Positions 33,589 to 44,045 are shown, counted from the stretch's first letter. The stretch is 64,000 bases of DNA from Gemmatimonadaceae bacterium (GCA_045803545.1 JBJMOW010000004.1:1-64000); one strand, 5' to 3'. The notes: generated from the letters alone by a model not told the origin. A program made the numbers and translations.

Positions 33589-36585
33589 TCAGAAGTTGAT
33601 CTCTGCGCCGAGCTGATACCTGCGTGCATCGGTAGCTACATCGCGTGCGTTGCCAAACGTGGCGACAGGCTGGCCATTCGCCTGCAGGCCCGTGTCGTAG
33701 TTGGTGAGGTTGACATGGTTCAGCGCGTTGAAGACGTCCAACGTCAGACCGATCCGCGCCGCCGTTCTTCCGAACTGAGGCAGGTCTTTGCGAAGACGCA
33801 TGTCCAGATTCTGATACGGGAATGTTCCGGGAACCGTAAAGCCGCTCCGCTGGAAGACAGGGCAGAACCGCTGACAGCCAGCGTCAAGCGTATACTTCCC
33901 GCCCAACGTCAGCAGTCCCGACCACTCGATTCCATACAACCACGGCATGTAGGTAATCCAGTTGCCGACGATGCGATGCCTCTCGTTGTTCGGTGCCGCG
34001 TGCTTCTTGATCGTGAAAGCCTGCGGAAACGCAAAGGTGTCACCCAGGTTGTCTTCGCCCTGCAGATAACGCGTCGCGTAGGTGTACGTCAGGCCTACAC
34101 CCCAGGCAAACACATCCATGTCCGGACGGCTGTAAACCTTCTCCAGTTGTAGGGTTACGGCGTCGTACCACGTCTTCACGTCGTTGCTGGAATAAATCAC
34201 CGACGAGATTCCGTGCGCTCCCCAGTTGAACGGGAAGTTGCAGCAGGTTCCGTTGTTATTCAGTCCACCCGCAGCCACCTGCCAGGTAAACTGGTCGGTG
34301 CCGCGCTGCGCACCGTACGTGAGCGTTCCCGCGAACTCGCCGAACAGCTGGCGCAGACCCACGCTCCATTGAGTGGTCTTCGGAACCTTGAGGTTGTTGT
34401 TCATCAACCAGAGCTCGCGCGTGCCGAACTGCGACACCAACGCATCGAGCGCGACCGTGTCGGCGGTCAGATAAGAATTCTGCCAAGCCACCTGACCGGG
34501 GACCGGCGTCGCGCCCTGCGGCGCGAAATTAATCGTGTAGGTCGGATTTGAGATCTTGAGCTTTTCATCGACCGCCACGTCGAACGGTACGCGATCGTAA
34601 TACAAGCCCCAGCTCGCGAACACCGTCGTACGGTACGCGTCGTCGATTCCGTACGAGAATCCGACACGCGGTTGGAACGCCTTTTTGAAAGGTTTGCGAT
34701 TGTCTCCAGTCGCGATGTACTGATTGAGATCGAGTGGCACGAACAAGTTCACCCCGGAAGGCGAATTGGGATTCGGCTGGTTCATATAGAGCCGCAGCGT
34801 GTCGAGATAAGCAATTCGACCCGTGTTCGGCGTCACGTAACCCGTGTTGAGCATGTTGCTCTCGTAATCCCAGCGAATGCCGAGGTTGAGTATCAACCTT
34901 TTGACCGGAGTCCAATCATCCTGGAGATACGTACCGATCTGATTGTTGTTCTCCTTCATGAACGGATCGCCGCTACCAAATCTCAGCTCAAACGGTACGG
35001 CAAAGTTGTAGGTCTGGTTGCCGTTGCCGGTGTTCGCGGTTTGCGCATAGTGGAACTGCGGTACGAAATCGTTTCGCTTGTCGATGTCGTACGTGTCATG
35101 ATTGAAGTTCAGGCCGCCCTTGAAAACGTGCTCGCCGAGCCACTCGAAGTTGGTGAACGTCACGTCGTCGCGGAAGCCAATGCGCTTCTGGATGTATTCC
35201 TGGATCGACGCTGCCGATCCAATCACGTAGTCCGTTCCGTTGACTGTGTAAAGGCGACGGGGCTGGCCCAATTCATTCGGGCTGAAGCCCCGATGGAAAT
35301 TCGAGAAATCAATCTTCGCTTCATTCAACCACGGGCCGGTAAAAAAGTTGTGTTTCGCTTGTACGACAGTATTGTAGTTGTGAAAATTCACCGCGGCGGC
35401 GGAAGCAGTAGCCCCGCCAAAGTCTCTGATGTCAGTTTCATGTCGATTGTTGAAACTGATTTCAGCCGACTGAGTGTTGCTGATATCCGCGTTGACTTTG
35501 CCGAACCAGAGATTCTCGCGGAACGGTGAAGCTGCATTGCCAGTGTACTGGGGAAGATTCACCGTGTCGAGCGCGGGGAAGCCCGCCGGTGGGGCAGCGA
35601 TGTTCACAAAGTTGAACCGGTTCTGATAATTCCCCTCGTAAGAGCCGAAGAAATGCAGCTTGTCCCTTACGATCGGGCCGCCAATGCTGAAGCCGGCAAG
35701 CGTGCGACGATAATCCGGCTTCGGTGTGTTGTTCGCGCGCTGGAAGCTGTCGAGTTGCACCATGCTTTTATTCTGGAAGGCGTAAAGCGCCTGGCCCGCC
35801 CAGGTATTCCCACCTGATTTTGTCTGCGCAGTGATGACAGCACTCGCCGCGTTCTGGTACTCTGCCTTGAAGTTCTGCGATATCACGCGGTACTCCTGCA
35901 CGGCATTCCGCGGAAATGGGTTTCCGCGACTCGCGTCCTGACCCGACACACCACCTTGGGTCAGCTCGTTTTTGTAGCTGGTGCCGTCGATGAAAAGATT
36001 CACGGCCGACGGAGGCTGACCACCCGCCGTTACCGTTCGGAACTGTCCGTTAACGCGATCTTCTGTCACCTGAACGCCCGGCGCCAGCTGTGCGAGATCC
36101 AGGAAATTTCTGCTCGGCGTGGGAAGCTGGTTGATCTGCGCCTGCGTGATGTTCGTCGCAACTTCAGAGGTGCGCGTCTCGACACCTGATGCGGCGGTTA
36201 CTACCTGAGTCTCGAGGACAGCGGCCTGGGCTGTCAGCGAGAAGTCCTGTGCCTGCATCGCGCCGATTTGTACGACGATCCTGCGGCTCTCAGGCGCGCT
36301 GCCGATTCTGCGAACGTTGACGTCGTAAGTACCCGGCGGAAGCCCTACCAGCGCGTACGCCCCGGCCTCGTTGGAGAGCGCCGTCCGCGTCGCCCCGGTG
36401 CTGATGTTCCGCGCGACAATTTGCGCGCTCACAATCGGCGCACCTCCGGCACCTGTAACTGTTCCACGGATCGTGCCCGTTGTGTTCTGCGCCGAAACGT
36501 TCACCCCGATGAGGCTGGCCAGCAGTCCGACTACTGCAAGCGCTCGAGTCAAAAAGTGAGAATTCCACAGCTGAAAGTGTTTCAT
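33589..36585 (-). CDS. TonB-dependent receptor (carboxypeptidase-like N-domain, Oar type)
   Basis: Signal peptide; [42 protein letters not shown]-terminal F. Confidence 0.93.
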   Translation of the reverse strand: MKHFQLWNSHFLTRALAVVGLLASLIGVNVSAQNTTGTIRGTVTGAGGAPIVSAQIVARNISTGATRTALSNEAGAYALVGLPPGTYDVNVRRIGSAPESRRIVVQIGAMQAQDFSLTAQAAVLETQVVTAASGVETRTSEVATNITQAQINQLPTPSRNFLDLAQLAPGVQVTEDRVNGQFRTVTAGGQPPSAVNLFIDGTSYKNELTQGGVSGQDASRGNPFPRNAVQEYRVISQNFKAEYQNAASAVITAQTKSGGNTWAGQALYAFQNKSMVQLDSFQRANNTPKPDYRRTLAGFSIGGPIVRDKLHFFGSYEGNYQNRFNFVNIAAPPAGFPALDTVNLPQYTGNAASPFRENLWFGKVNADISNTQSAEISFNNRHETDIRDFGGATASAAAVNFHNYNTVVQAKHNFFTGPWLNEAKIDFSNFHRGFSPNELGQPRRLYTVNGTDYVIGSAASIQEYIQKRIGFRDDVTFTNFEWLGEHVFKGGLNFNHDTYDIDKRNDFVPQFHYAQTANTGNGNQTYNFAVPFELRFGSGDPFMKENNNQIGTYLQDDWTPVKRLILNLGIRWDYESNMLNTGYVTPNTGRIAYLDTLRLYMNQPNPNSPSGVNLFVPLDLNQYIATGDNRKPFKKAFQPRVGFSYGIDDAYRTTVFASWGLYYDRVPFDVAVDEKLKISNPTYTINFAPQGATPVPGQVAWQNSYLTADTVALDALVSQFGTRELWLMNNNLKVPKTTQWSVGLRQLFGEFAGTLTYGAQRGTDQFTWQVAAGGLNNNGTCCNFPFNWGAHGISSVIYSSNDVKTWYDAVTLQLEKVYSRPDMDVFAWGVGLTYTYATRYLQGEDNLGDTFAFPQAFTIKKHAAPNNERHRIVGNWITYMPWLYGIEWSGLLTLGGKYTLDAGCQRFCPVFQRSGFTVPGTFPYQNLDMRLRKDLPQFGRTAARIGLTLDVFNALNHVNLTNYDTGLQANGQPVATFGNARDVATDARRYQLGAEINF

Positions 36586-36642
36586 CTACATCTCCATTTT
36601 GTTGTTGTTGCCAAAGCGACTGCATCTGACGAAAAGTTCTGT

Positions 36643-37698
36643 CTATACGACTGGACTGAATCCTCTGTTAACGGTTGATGGAGGCGGCCGCTCCGCTGGC
36701 GCTTCCTCCGCGCCGGTCGAGCGCCGGATGACGAGTTGGGTCGACACGCGCTCTCGGCGACGCGCGTGATCGTTTTTGTGGGTGATGCCGTGCAGCAAAA
36801 GATCGACGGCGCGGGCGCCGAGCTCACAGATCGGAACGTGAACGGAGGAAAGCGGCGGATCCATGTAACGCGCCAGCGGAATGTCGTCGAAGCCCGCGAC
36901 GCCCATCTCCTCCGGCACCGCGACACCTGATTCCTTGAGCGCGCTCAGCGCGCCGATCGCCATCGAGTCGTTGGCGGCGAAGATCGCCGTCGGACGATCC
37001 CGCAGATCGAGCAGCTTGAGCGCCGCGCTGTAGCCGGCGGCTTCAGTGAAGTCACCATCGAGCTCCAGCGAGGAATCGCGCTCAACGCCGGCTTCCTTCA
37101 ACGCCAGCCGATACCCGCGCAATCTCTCCGCCGCGTCGTAGTTGCGCGCCGCCCCCTTGATGATCGCAATGCGACGGTGGCCGCGCTCGATCAGGTGCGC
37201 GACCATCTCACGCGCACCGCGACAATTTTGGATTGTCAGAGAATCGACCTCGTCGCCCTGCGGCACCGAGCACAACAAAACCACCGGAATCGTGCTGGGA
37301 AGATTGAGCAGCGCATCCGCGTCGAGATCGGGCGACATCGCGACGACACCGTCCACGCGACCGCGCATCGCGCGGATCGCCGTCTCGATGCCATGCCTGT
37401 CAGCGTAGGCGCGGGAGATCAGCAAGTGAAATCCGTTCTTCTGCGCGGTGTCGTCCATGCCGCGAATGACTTCCGAGAAGAATTCGCCATATAGATCCGG
37501 TAGCAGCACTCCCAGCGTTTGGGTCTTGCTCGTGATCAGGCTTCGTGCGCCACTGTGCGGGACGTAACGCATCCTGCCCGCGATCTCACGAATGAGTCGC
37601 TTCGTCTCATCGCTTACGGGTCCGCTGCCGTTGAGAACTCTGGAGACGGTGGCAACCGACACGTTTGCTTCGCGGGCTACGTCCTTGATCGTGACCAT
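36643..37698 (-). CDS. LacI-family transcriptional regulator
   Basis: TIKDVAREANVSVATVSRVLN HTH; FAANDSMAIG, GFDD. Confidence 0.97.
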   Translation of the reverse strand: MVTIKDVAREANVSVATVSRVLNGSGPVSDETKRLIREIAGRMRYVPHSGARSLITSKTQTLGVLLPDLYGEFFSEVIRGMDDTAQKNGFHLLISRAYADRHGIETAIRAMRGRVDGVVAMSPDLDADALLNLPSTIPVVLLCSVPQGDEVDSLTIQNCRGAREMVAHLIERGHRRIAIIKGAARNYDAAERLRGYRLALKEAGVERDSSLELDGDFTEAAGYSAALKLLDLRDRPTAIFAANDSMAIGALSALKESGVAVPEEMGVAGFDDIPLARYMDPPLSSVHVPICELGARAVDLLLHGITHKNDHARRRERVSTQLVIRRSTGAEEAPAERPPPSTVNRGFSPVV

Positions 37699-37728
37699 GC
37701 TCCCCGCGGGTGGGCTGATATCGCAAAA

Positions 37729-37744
37729 ATGTAAACGATTACAT
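37729..37744. promoter_or_regulatory. LacI-family operator
   Basis: ATGTAAACGATTACAT near-perfect palindrome with central CG, 30 nt upstream of the lacI start. Confidence 0.8.
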
Positions 37745-37778
37745 AGAGGGCGCTAGGGTCTTTTGCTACCTTTGGCGG

Positions 37779-39062
37779 GTGACTATCCGAAACGTTGTTC
37801 TAGTCCTGACAGCTTTAACCGCACTAACGACTACCGGCTGCCGCGAGTCGGCCGCTGCCTTCGGCCCCAACCTTCCGCTCGCCCGCCAGAACGCCGAAGA
37901 ATTCTTTTACTCGGTCGGGTCTCGTTTCACCAACATCCAGCGACCGCAACGAATACTTCGCGCCCGCGCGCAGTTCGGCCACTACGCACTCACTCCGTCG
38001 GGCATCTATAACGACACCAGCATCTGGCTGTCGATCGGCCCGGACAGCGCGCGATTGTTCGGCGACGAGGGACATTTTTCCGTCGATCGCTACGTCGTCA
38101 ACACTGCGCTCTCCAACGAGTCGCCCGACCAGCTAACCGAATCGCGCGAGATCGTGCGGCTCAGAAAATTGAGCAGCAACGACTACGAGTGGTTCACCAA
38201 CGTCGAGGTCGCCATCGGCAGAATCGGCGCAAAAAGTATCGCCGACGTCATTGCTGCATCGCTTGCCGCCGGCGAAGGCAAATCGCCCACCGCAATTCGC
38301 GCAAATTACAACGCCGCATTTCCGCATGCCGCCGCCGCACTGGGCCGGCTTTTCACGCTCGACACCATTAGCACCACCGCCGACAGCGAAGGCGCCACCA
38401 CCTTCGAGCTCGCGATCAAGCTGGCGCCGAACATCCTAAAGGAGACGATGCCGCACTACGCGGCGTACATCGACAAATACATCAGCAAAGGCAAATATCG
38501 GATCACGCTGACCGATCAAACCGGCGCGCACTGGTTCGACGCCTGGGCCGCCAATTACTACATGCACTTCAGGATGCGCAGCAAGAACGGCCACTTCGCC
38601 CCACTCGAGGGAGGTGTGCGTCCGATGCCGCCGTCACTCACCATCCATCTCGACATGTCGATGAAGATCCTGCTCTTCACGGTCGGCTGGTCCGAGATGA
38701 TGGGAGACTTCGACATCATCGATACTCCGCACGAGCGCGGTTGGTCGATGCGCTTCAACAAGGAGCCCGACTGGCACCTGCCGCCCGCCGTCGGCGCCCT
38801 GCTTAGATCTCCGCTCCGCCGCCCGTTCCAGGGTCAGGGCATCCCGGTACGAATCTCGGTACGCGACAACCCCGGCTCCCAAAGCATCCTCAATCGACGC
38901 GGATCGCTGGTGGTTCAGGAGAGTGGCGTCCTCCGCTTCCTCAACCGTCTTAGCGGCACCGCCGTTGGAGATTTTCTCGGTCCATCAGAGCGCGAGGCCA
39001 ATCGGTTCAACGCCGATGCTTTTCGAGCACTTAGGGCGGACGTCGCCGATGTCCTTAAATAG
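37779..39062 (+). CDS. Hypothetical lipoprotein, 427 aa
   Basis: Long ORF, TTGC lipobox-like; extended -10 TGcTACCTT 6 nt before GTG. Confidence 0.8.
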   Translation: MTIRNVVLVLTALTALTTTGCRESAAAFGPNLPLARQNAEEFFYSVGSRFTNIQRPQRILRARAQFGHYALTPSGIYNDTSIWLSIGPDSARLFGDEGHFSVDRYVVNTALSNESPDQLTESREIVRLRKLSSNDYEWFTNVEVAIGRIGAKSIADVIAASLAAGEGKSPTAIRANYNAAFPHAAAALGRLFTLDTISTTADSEGATTFELAIKLAPNILKETMPHYAAYIDKYISKGKYRITLTDQTGAHWFDAWAANYYMHFRMRSKNGHFAPLEGGVRPMPPSLTIHLDMSMKILLFTVGWSEMMGDFDIIDTPHERGWSMRFNKEPDWHLPPAVGALLRSPLRRPFQGQGIPVRISVRDNPGSQSILNRRGSLVVQESGVLRFLNRLSGTAVGDFLGPSEREANRFNADAFRALRADVADVLK

Positions 39063-39094
39063 TGCTCTTAACATTCGTTTCGCTTCGTCTATAC

Positions 39095-39239
39095 CTACAA
39101 AACTAAAGTCGGCAGTCCGCAGTTAACTGTCTGGAGTTGGGAGTTGTGCTACACGCGTTCGCAGCGTCGATCGCCTCGGACGCGTGAATGAGAACTGCGA
39201 ACTGCCAGCTGTGAGTCTGCAGACTGCCGACTTCAGTTG
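39095..39239. repeat. Long hairpin element, family B copy 1
   Basis: Arms aactaaagtcggcagtccgcag / ctgcagactgccgacttcagtt. Confidence 0.85.
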
Positions 39240-39362
39240 AAGAATGGCCAGCGCTCAATGGAGACCCAACCAAAGAGGAGTAAGCTCAGCAGTAGGAGCG
39301 GGTTTGTGACGTCTCGCCCATTGCTCGCGTCAAAAACTGCATCCATTAGTGGGCGAGTGGGC

Positions 39363-39815
39363 ATGATCGAAACTGAGCAGGCTACAGCGACTGAGCAGGA
39401 TCCAACGATCACCGCGACCGATAATCTCGCGATCGCGCGACGCTACCTCGAAGTAATCGAGGGTGGCGCCGAGCGCGGGGCTTTGGCGGAGTTCTTCACC
39501 AAGGACGTCGTTCAGGAAGAATTCCCGAATCGGTTATCGCCAATCGGCCAGCACCGCAATCTGCAGGCGCTGCTCGACGCCGCCCGTAAGGGCAAGAAGA
39601 TCATTAGTCATCAGAAATACGACGTACTGAACGCGATCGCCGATGGCGACCGCGTCGCAATGGAAGTGTTCTGGAGCGGGCTGCTCGCGATTCCGCTCGA
39701 GGGCCTGCCTGCAAATTCCCAGCTCCGCGCGCACGTCTCGATTCACTTCGAGTTCCGCGACGGGAAGATCTGCCGCCAGCATAACTACGATTGCTTCGAT
39801 CCCTGGTGGGTATAA
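39363..39815 (+). CDS. SnoaL/NTF2-like protein
   Basis: DVVQEEFPNRL, ADGDRVAME, FEFRDGKI..QHNYDCF. Confidence 0.85.
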   Translation: MIETEQATATEQDPTITATDNLAIARRYLEVIEGGAERGALAEFFTKDVVQEEFPNRLSPIGQHRNLQALLDAARKGKKIISHQKYDVLNAIADGDRVAMEVFWSGLLAIPLEGLPANSQLRAHVSIHFEFRDGKICRQHNYDCFDPWWV

Positions 39816-39858
39816 CCCGTGAATTCGGGATCTCGAACGCTGACGCCTTAGATCGCGA

Positions 39859-40020
39859 CAACTGAAGTCGGCAGTTCGCAGAAGCAGAGAACTCAGCTCG
39901 CAGTTTTCAAACACGCATTTGCAGCGAGGCGCGCTTCGAATGCTTTTATGACGACGCGAACTCCAGACAGTCAACTGCAGACTGCCGACTTTAGTTTTGT
40001 AGACTGCCGATTTTAGTTTT
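39859..40020. repeat. Long hairpin element, family B copy 2 (inverted relative to copy 1, duplicated end)
   Basis: Reverse complement of 39959-40002 matches 39095-39138 with 2 mismatches; arm repeated at 40003-40020. Confidence 0.85.
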
Positions 40021-40121
40021 ATGGGGCGCAATCGCGCCCTAAGCCTTTGAATTCGCCTTAAGCAGGGCATGCTTCCTGCCCGATTTCCGTGCGGCATCAA
40101 CGATGTCTTCACGGAGGATCG

Positions 40122-40406
40122 ATGGCTAATCCAGGCGACAACCCCAACTTCTCCGACGTCGGCGGCTCGAACTCATCGACCAGCGGCGCGGCAGATTTCT
40201 CCGACGTCAACGCCGGCGGCTCCACAACGGCCGCGACCGGCGGTCAGACATACACCGTAAAAGCGGGAGATAGTCTCAGCAAAATCGCCAAGCACTTTTA
40301 CGGCAGTGCATCGAAGTGGAAGAAGATCCACGCAGCGAATGCCGACAAAATTCCCAATCCGGACCTCATACACCCCGGACTGCAACTCACTATTCCCGAA
40401 GCCTGA
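40122..40406 (+). CDS. Small LysM-domain protein
   Basis: GGAGG RBS; YTVKAGDSLSKIA..FYG...NPDLIHPG; two FSDV repeats. Confidence 0.92.
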   Translation: MANPGDNPNFSDVGGSNSSTSGAADFSDVNAGGSTTAATGGQTYTVKAGDSLSKIAKHFYGSASKWKKIHAANADKIPNPDLIHPGLQLTIPEA

Positions 40407-40417
40407 GGCGGATTTCA

Positions 40418-40894
40418 ATGCGCACCAAAACTCGCGCTGCGGCGCTAACGAGTTCGCTGATTTTCTTTGCCGCGCTGGCTGCATGCGGAAAAAAGGATCA
40501 AGGGCAAGTGGTTGATACGACTGCTGTCGGGACGCAAACGGCGTCCGTCGCCGTCGATACGACGCCGATCAAGGTCAGCGACATTCAGGTTGGCAAGGGC
40601 ATCGGCACCGACAAGAAGGTCGCGAATCAGACGACGGACTTTGGCGTTCGCGACACCATGTATGTGGCCGTGCTAACCGACGGCGCCGCCAAGGACGCGA
40701 AGGTCACAGCCAAGTGGACCTTCAACGGCAACCAGGTCGTCAAGCAAGACAGTCAAACCATTTCGCCGACCGGTGGTGAGAACGTCACTGAATTCCATAT
40801 CGACAAGAAGACGGCGTGGCCGAAGGGCAAGTACACCGTCGAAGTATTGCTCAACGGAGTATCTGCAGGAACGAAAGATCTCGAAGTGAAATAG
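40418..40894 (+). CDS. Hypothetical lipoprotein (Ig-like)
   Basis: LAACGKK lipobox; WPKGKYTVEVLLNG. Confidence 0.8.
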   Translation: MRTKTRAAALTSSLIFFAALAACGKKDQGQVVDTTAVGTQTASVAVDTTPIKVSDIQVGKGIGTDKKVANQTTDFGVRDTMYVAVLTDGAAKDAKVTAKWTFNGNQVVKQDSQTISPTGGENVTEFHIDKKTAWPKGKYTVEVLLNGVSAGTKDLEVK

Positions 40895-40951
40895 GGCGCT
40901 TGCGGCTGCGTGCTATCTCTCAGCTGCCGGCTTTGGATATGGAAAACAAAA

Positions 40952-40979
40952 ACGCCGCGATCTCGTAAGATCGCGGCGT
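40952..40979. terminator. Bidirectional terminator
   Basis: ACGCCGCGATCT-cgta-AGATCGCGGCGT flanked by A- and T-rich runs, between convergent units. Confidence 0.8.
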
Positions 40980-41078
40980 ATCTATTTTGGCGGTAACCCG
41001 CCGAATCGTGCCACGCGCGCCGTCATTGGAACATCATGTCCTACCGATCGGCGGCGGGCAGCTTTCAAATTTTCGCAG

Positions 41079-41151
41079 TGGAGCTGAGGGGGATCGAACC
41101 CCTGACCTCTGCAGTGCGATTGCAGCGCTCTCCCAGCTGAGCTACAGCCCC
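41079..41151 (-). tRNA. tRNA-Ala(CGC), CCA not encoded
   Basis: GGGGCTG/CAGCTCC acceptor stem with G3:U70; CTGCA-atCGCac-TGCAG anticodon arm; GGTTCGATCC T-arm. Confidence 0.96.
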
Positions 41152-41423
41152 GCGATGACGCGACAGACTATCCTCGAACCAGGTCGAGCCGATCCGTCGC
41201 ACCGGATCAAAGCAAAAGCCCCGCGAGTGTTCGGCGGGGCCGCTCTTGACTGAAGCTAGCGGATCCACCTCCAAAGTCAATACCGAAATTCAGTATCGGC
41301 CCTGTAACTCTTTGGCCGGCCTCACGATACCGACGCCGAACCGAGGTATGGACGACTGCTCCGACGTATGGTAACACGTGCATCCTCGGATCTCGGAACC
41401 AAAGCGTCAGGTCTCATAACCAG

Positions 41424-42419
41424 CTATCCAGCGAGCGTCTCCCACCCCAACACGGGCAACACGTCTCCGCTGATGTAGCTCGAGTCGATATTCGAGGCCA
41501 GGAACACGTAAGCCGGTGCGAGCTCCTCGGGTTGCGCTGGTCGGCCGATCTCGACGTCGGCGCCGAACTTTGGCACCTCTTCCGCTGGCTTCGCCTGCGT
41601 ATTGAGTGGAGTCCAGACCGGGCCCGGCGCCACTGCGTTCACCCGTATCCCCTTCTCGACGAGATTTTGCGCCAGCGATTTCGTGAAAGCGTGAATCGCG
41701 CCCTTCGTCGCTGAATAATCGAGAAGTGTCTTCTCGCCCTCGAGTCCGGTGATGGAGCCGGTGTTGATGATGCACGATCCCTTTTTCATTTTGGGAATCG
41801 CCGCCTTCGCCAGCCAGAAGTACGCGTAGAAGTTCGTGCGGAATGTGCGATCGAGTTGCTCGAAGTCGATCTCGTCAATTGACTCACGATTCTTCTGAAA
41901 CGCAGCGTTGTTCACGAGGATGTCGATCGCGCCGAGCTCGTTGACGGTCGTTTCGATGCACTCCTCGCAATAATCGAGATCGGTTACGTCGCCCGGCAAC
42001 AGCAGCGCGCGCCTTCCCTCGGCCTCGATCGCGTGTCGCGTCTCTTCGGCGTCGCTTTCTTCCTCGGCCAGAAACATGATCGCGACGTCGGCGCCTTCGC
42101 GCGCGAACAGCGTCGCAACCGCCCGCCCGATTCCGGAATCACCCCCCGATATCAACGCGACTTTGCCTTTCAACTTATCGGAGCCCTTGTAGAGCGGAGC
42201 CTTGTACTGCGGCCGAGGCCGCAGTTTCGCCTCTAGCCCCGGATATTCCTGATGCTGCTTCGGCAAGGGCGGCTTCGGATGCGCCTCGATTCGCCGCAAT
42301 TCCTTCTCGCGCGTAATCCCCGTTCGCCGACTTCCGTTCCCATTCACATTTCGGCGGGCCGCGCTGGCTTTCTTCGACTGCGTCGCAGTCGTCGATTTTC
42401 TGGTTGTCCTCGATGCCAT
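41424..42419 (-). CDS. SDR oxidoreductase (YghA/YhdF general-stress type)
   Basis: GGDSGIGRA, LVNNAA, YSATK, NAVAPGPVWTPL. Confidence 0.93.
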   Translation of the reverse strand: MASRTTRKSTTATQSKKASAARRNVNGNGSRRTGITREKELRRIEAHPKPPLPKQHQEYPGLEAKLRPRPQYKAPLYKGSDKLKGKVALISGGDSGIGRAVATLFAREGADVAIMFLAEEESDAEETRHAIEAEGRRALLLPGDVTDLDYCEECIETTVNELGAIDILVNNAAFQKNRESIDEIDFEQLDRTFRTNFYAYFWLAKAAIPKMKKGSCIINTGSITGLEGEKTLLDYSATKGAIHAFTKSLAQNLVEKGIRVNAVAPGPVWTPLNTQAKPAEEVPKFGADVEIGRPAQPEELAPAYVFLASNIDSSYISGDVLPVLGWETLAG

Positions 42420-42455
42420 CTCTCTGCTCACATCAATCAGTTCACGAGATGCATT

Positions 42456-42471
42456 AGCAAACGCCGTTCCC
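42456..42471 (-). promoter_or_regulatory. Possible sigma54 promoter
   Basis: GGGAACG-GCGT-TTGCT (GG-N10-GC). Confidence 0.35.
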
Positions 42472-42496
42472 CCTAATGGTATAACGATCGGCTCTC

Positions 42497-42666
42497 TCTC
42501 AGTCAGCTCTCCTCTCGCAGTTAGCTCTCCTCTCGCAGTTAGCTCTCCTCGCAGTTAGCTCTCCTCTCGCAGTTAGCTCTCCTCTCGCAGTTAGCTCGCA
42601 GTTCGGACTGATCCGTTGGCTCTCACCCCGCAGCCCCTCCCCCGCAGCCCCTCACCCCGCAGTCCC
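42497..42666. repeat. 18-bp (11+7) tandem repeat, CGGACTGATCCG tail, then C-rich 14-mers
   Basis: (TCGCAGTTAGC TCTCCTC) about 5-6 copies, then gttcggactgatccgttggctc and (ccccgcagcccctc)-like units. Confidence 0.88.
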
Positions 42667-42681
42667 TATATTTCGGCGCCA

Positions 42682-43611
42682 ATGTCTCTCGCCGTCCGCT
42701 TCCTCGGCACTTCCGCATCGCGCCCGACTGTCGAGCGCAACGTTTCGTCCGTCGCCATCATCCGCGAGGGCGAAACGCTGATGTTTGATTGCGGCGAAGG
42801 AACTCAGCGGCAGATGATGCGCTACGGAATCACCTTCGCGCTCACTGACATTTTCTTCACCCACATGCACGCCGATCACATGCTTGGGGTGACGGGTTTG
42901 CTGCGCACCCTGGCGCTCCAGGGCAGGACCGAGCCAATGAATCTCTACGGCCCCGTCGGGTCCGAGAAACTTCTCTGGCGCGCGATCACACTCGGCACCG
43001 AAAAACAGCACTTCGAGATAAAGGTTCTCGAGCTCGCACCCGACGCTCCGCTAAAGCGCCACGGCTATTCGATCGTGCCATTCGCAGTCGAGCACGGCGA
43101 TCGCAGCGCCATCGGCTACCACCTCGTCGAAGAAACGCGACTGGGAAGATTCAATCCCGAGAAGGCAAAAGAGATGGGCGTGCCGGAAGGACCGTTGTGG
43201 GGAAAGATTCACAAGGGAGAGACGGTCGCTCTATCCGACGGCCGCACGATAACGCCGTCGGAGCTAGTCGGCCCGAGCCGCCCCGGCCGACGCATTGTGC
43301 TGACGGGCGATTCACGTCCGTCAGAAGCAACTATTGTCGCCGCCACCGGCGCCGATCTCCTGGTTCACGAAGCGACCTTCACCACCGAGGAAGCTCCGCG
43401 CGCGCTCGAGACCGGTCACTCAACCGCTCGCGAAGCCGCGGAAGTCGCCGTCAAAGCCGGCGTGAAGAGACTGATCTTAACGCACGTCAGCGCGCGCTAC
43501 TCGCGCGACACGTCGGAGCTGGAACGCGAAGCGCGCGAAGTATTCGCGGAAACAGTCATCGCGCGTGACGGAATGGAAGTCGACATCCCGTTCGAGCAGA
43601 GCGATGACTGA
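42682..43611 (+). CDS. rnz: Ribonuclease Z
   Basis: FLGTSAS.PT..RN, FDCGEGTQRQ, THMHADH, GVPEGP exosite, HEAT, LTHVSARY. Confidence 0.95.
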   Translation: MSLAVRFLGTSASRPTVERNVSSVAIIREGETLMFDCGEGTQRQMMRYGITFALTDIFFTHMHADHMLGVTGLLRTLALQGRTEPMNLYGPVGSEKLLWRAITLGTEKQHFEIKVLELAPDAPLKRHGYSIVPFAVEHGDRSAIGYHLVEETRLGRFNPEKAKEMGVPEGPLWGKIHKGETVALSDGRTITPSELVGPSRPGRRIVLTGDSRPSEATIVAATGADLLVHEATFTTEEAPRALETGHSTAREAAEVAVKAGVKRLILTHVSARYSRDTSELEREAREVFAETVIARDGMEVDIPFEQSDD

Positions 43612-43641
43612 TCGGCTATCGCCTCGCGCGTTCGCCTCAAA

Positions 43642-43953
43642 TCAGGATGCCAGCCCGCAGATCAGGCCGGCCGAGGCAATCGACTCGATCTGGACGATCG
43701 GGCCAGCCATGTGAATGCCGCCGAGATCGTTGCGCACCTTGAATGTGACGTCGACGCGCAGTCCCTCTTGCTTGTAGCAGCCCGGCAAATTCGTCGGATC
43801 GTAGTGCACGCCATCTGCGTCACTCACCAGCTCGTAGAATCCACCCTCGATCGGGTTGAAGTGCACTGTCGCATTCGTATGCATCAGCGGCCCCGTCGAG
43901 CTCGAGCATCCTACTACCGCGCACAACGCCAGCATCGACAACACAGTCTTCAT
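43642..43953 (-). CDS. Small hypothetical lipoprotein
   Basis: GAGG RBS; VVGC lipobox; IEGGFY. Confidence 0.75.
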   Translation of the reverse strand: MKTVLSMLALCAVVGCSSSTGPLMHTNATVHFNPIEGGFYELVSDADGVHYDPTNLPGCYKQEGLRVDVTFKVRNDLGGIHMAGPIVQIESIASAGLICGLAS

Positions 43954-44045
43954 ACGGTCCTCGCTGAAAGGGTTATTCCCAGCTTATAGCCGGGACCCTT
44001 CAACGACAACGGGAAGGCCCCTGCCGGCGAGGCTGCTAAGGGTTC

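Noticed and set aside
40900..41151. Genomic island at the tRNA 3' end
   Set aside because: No integrase and no duplicated tRNA 3' fragment seen in the window
42497..42625. Regular repeats resembling a CRISPR array (also 12577-12661)
   Set aside because: Unit is only 18 bp, intervening 7-mers are identical within a locus, and there are no cas genes
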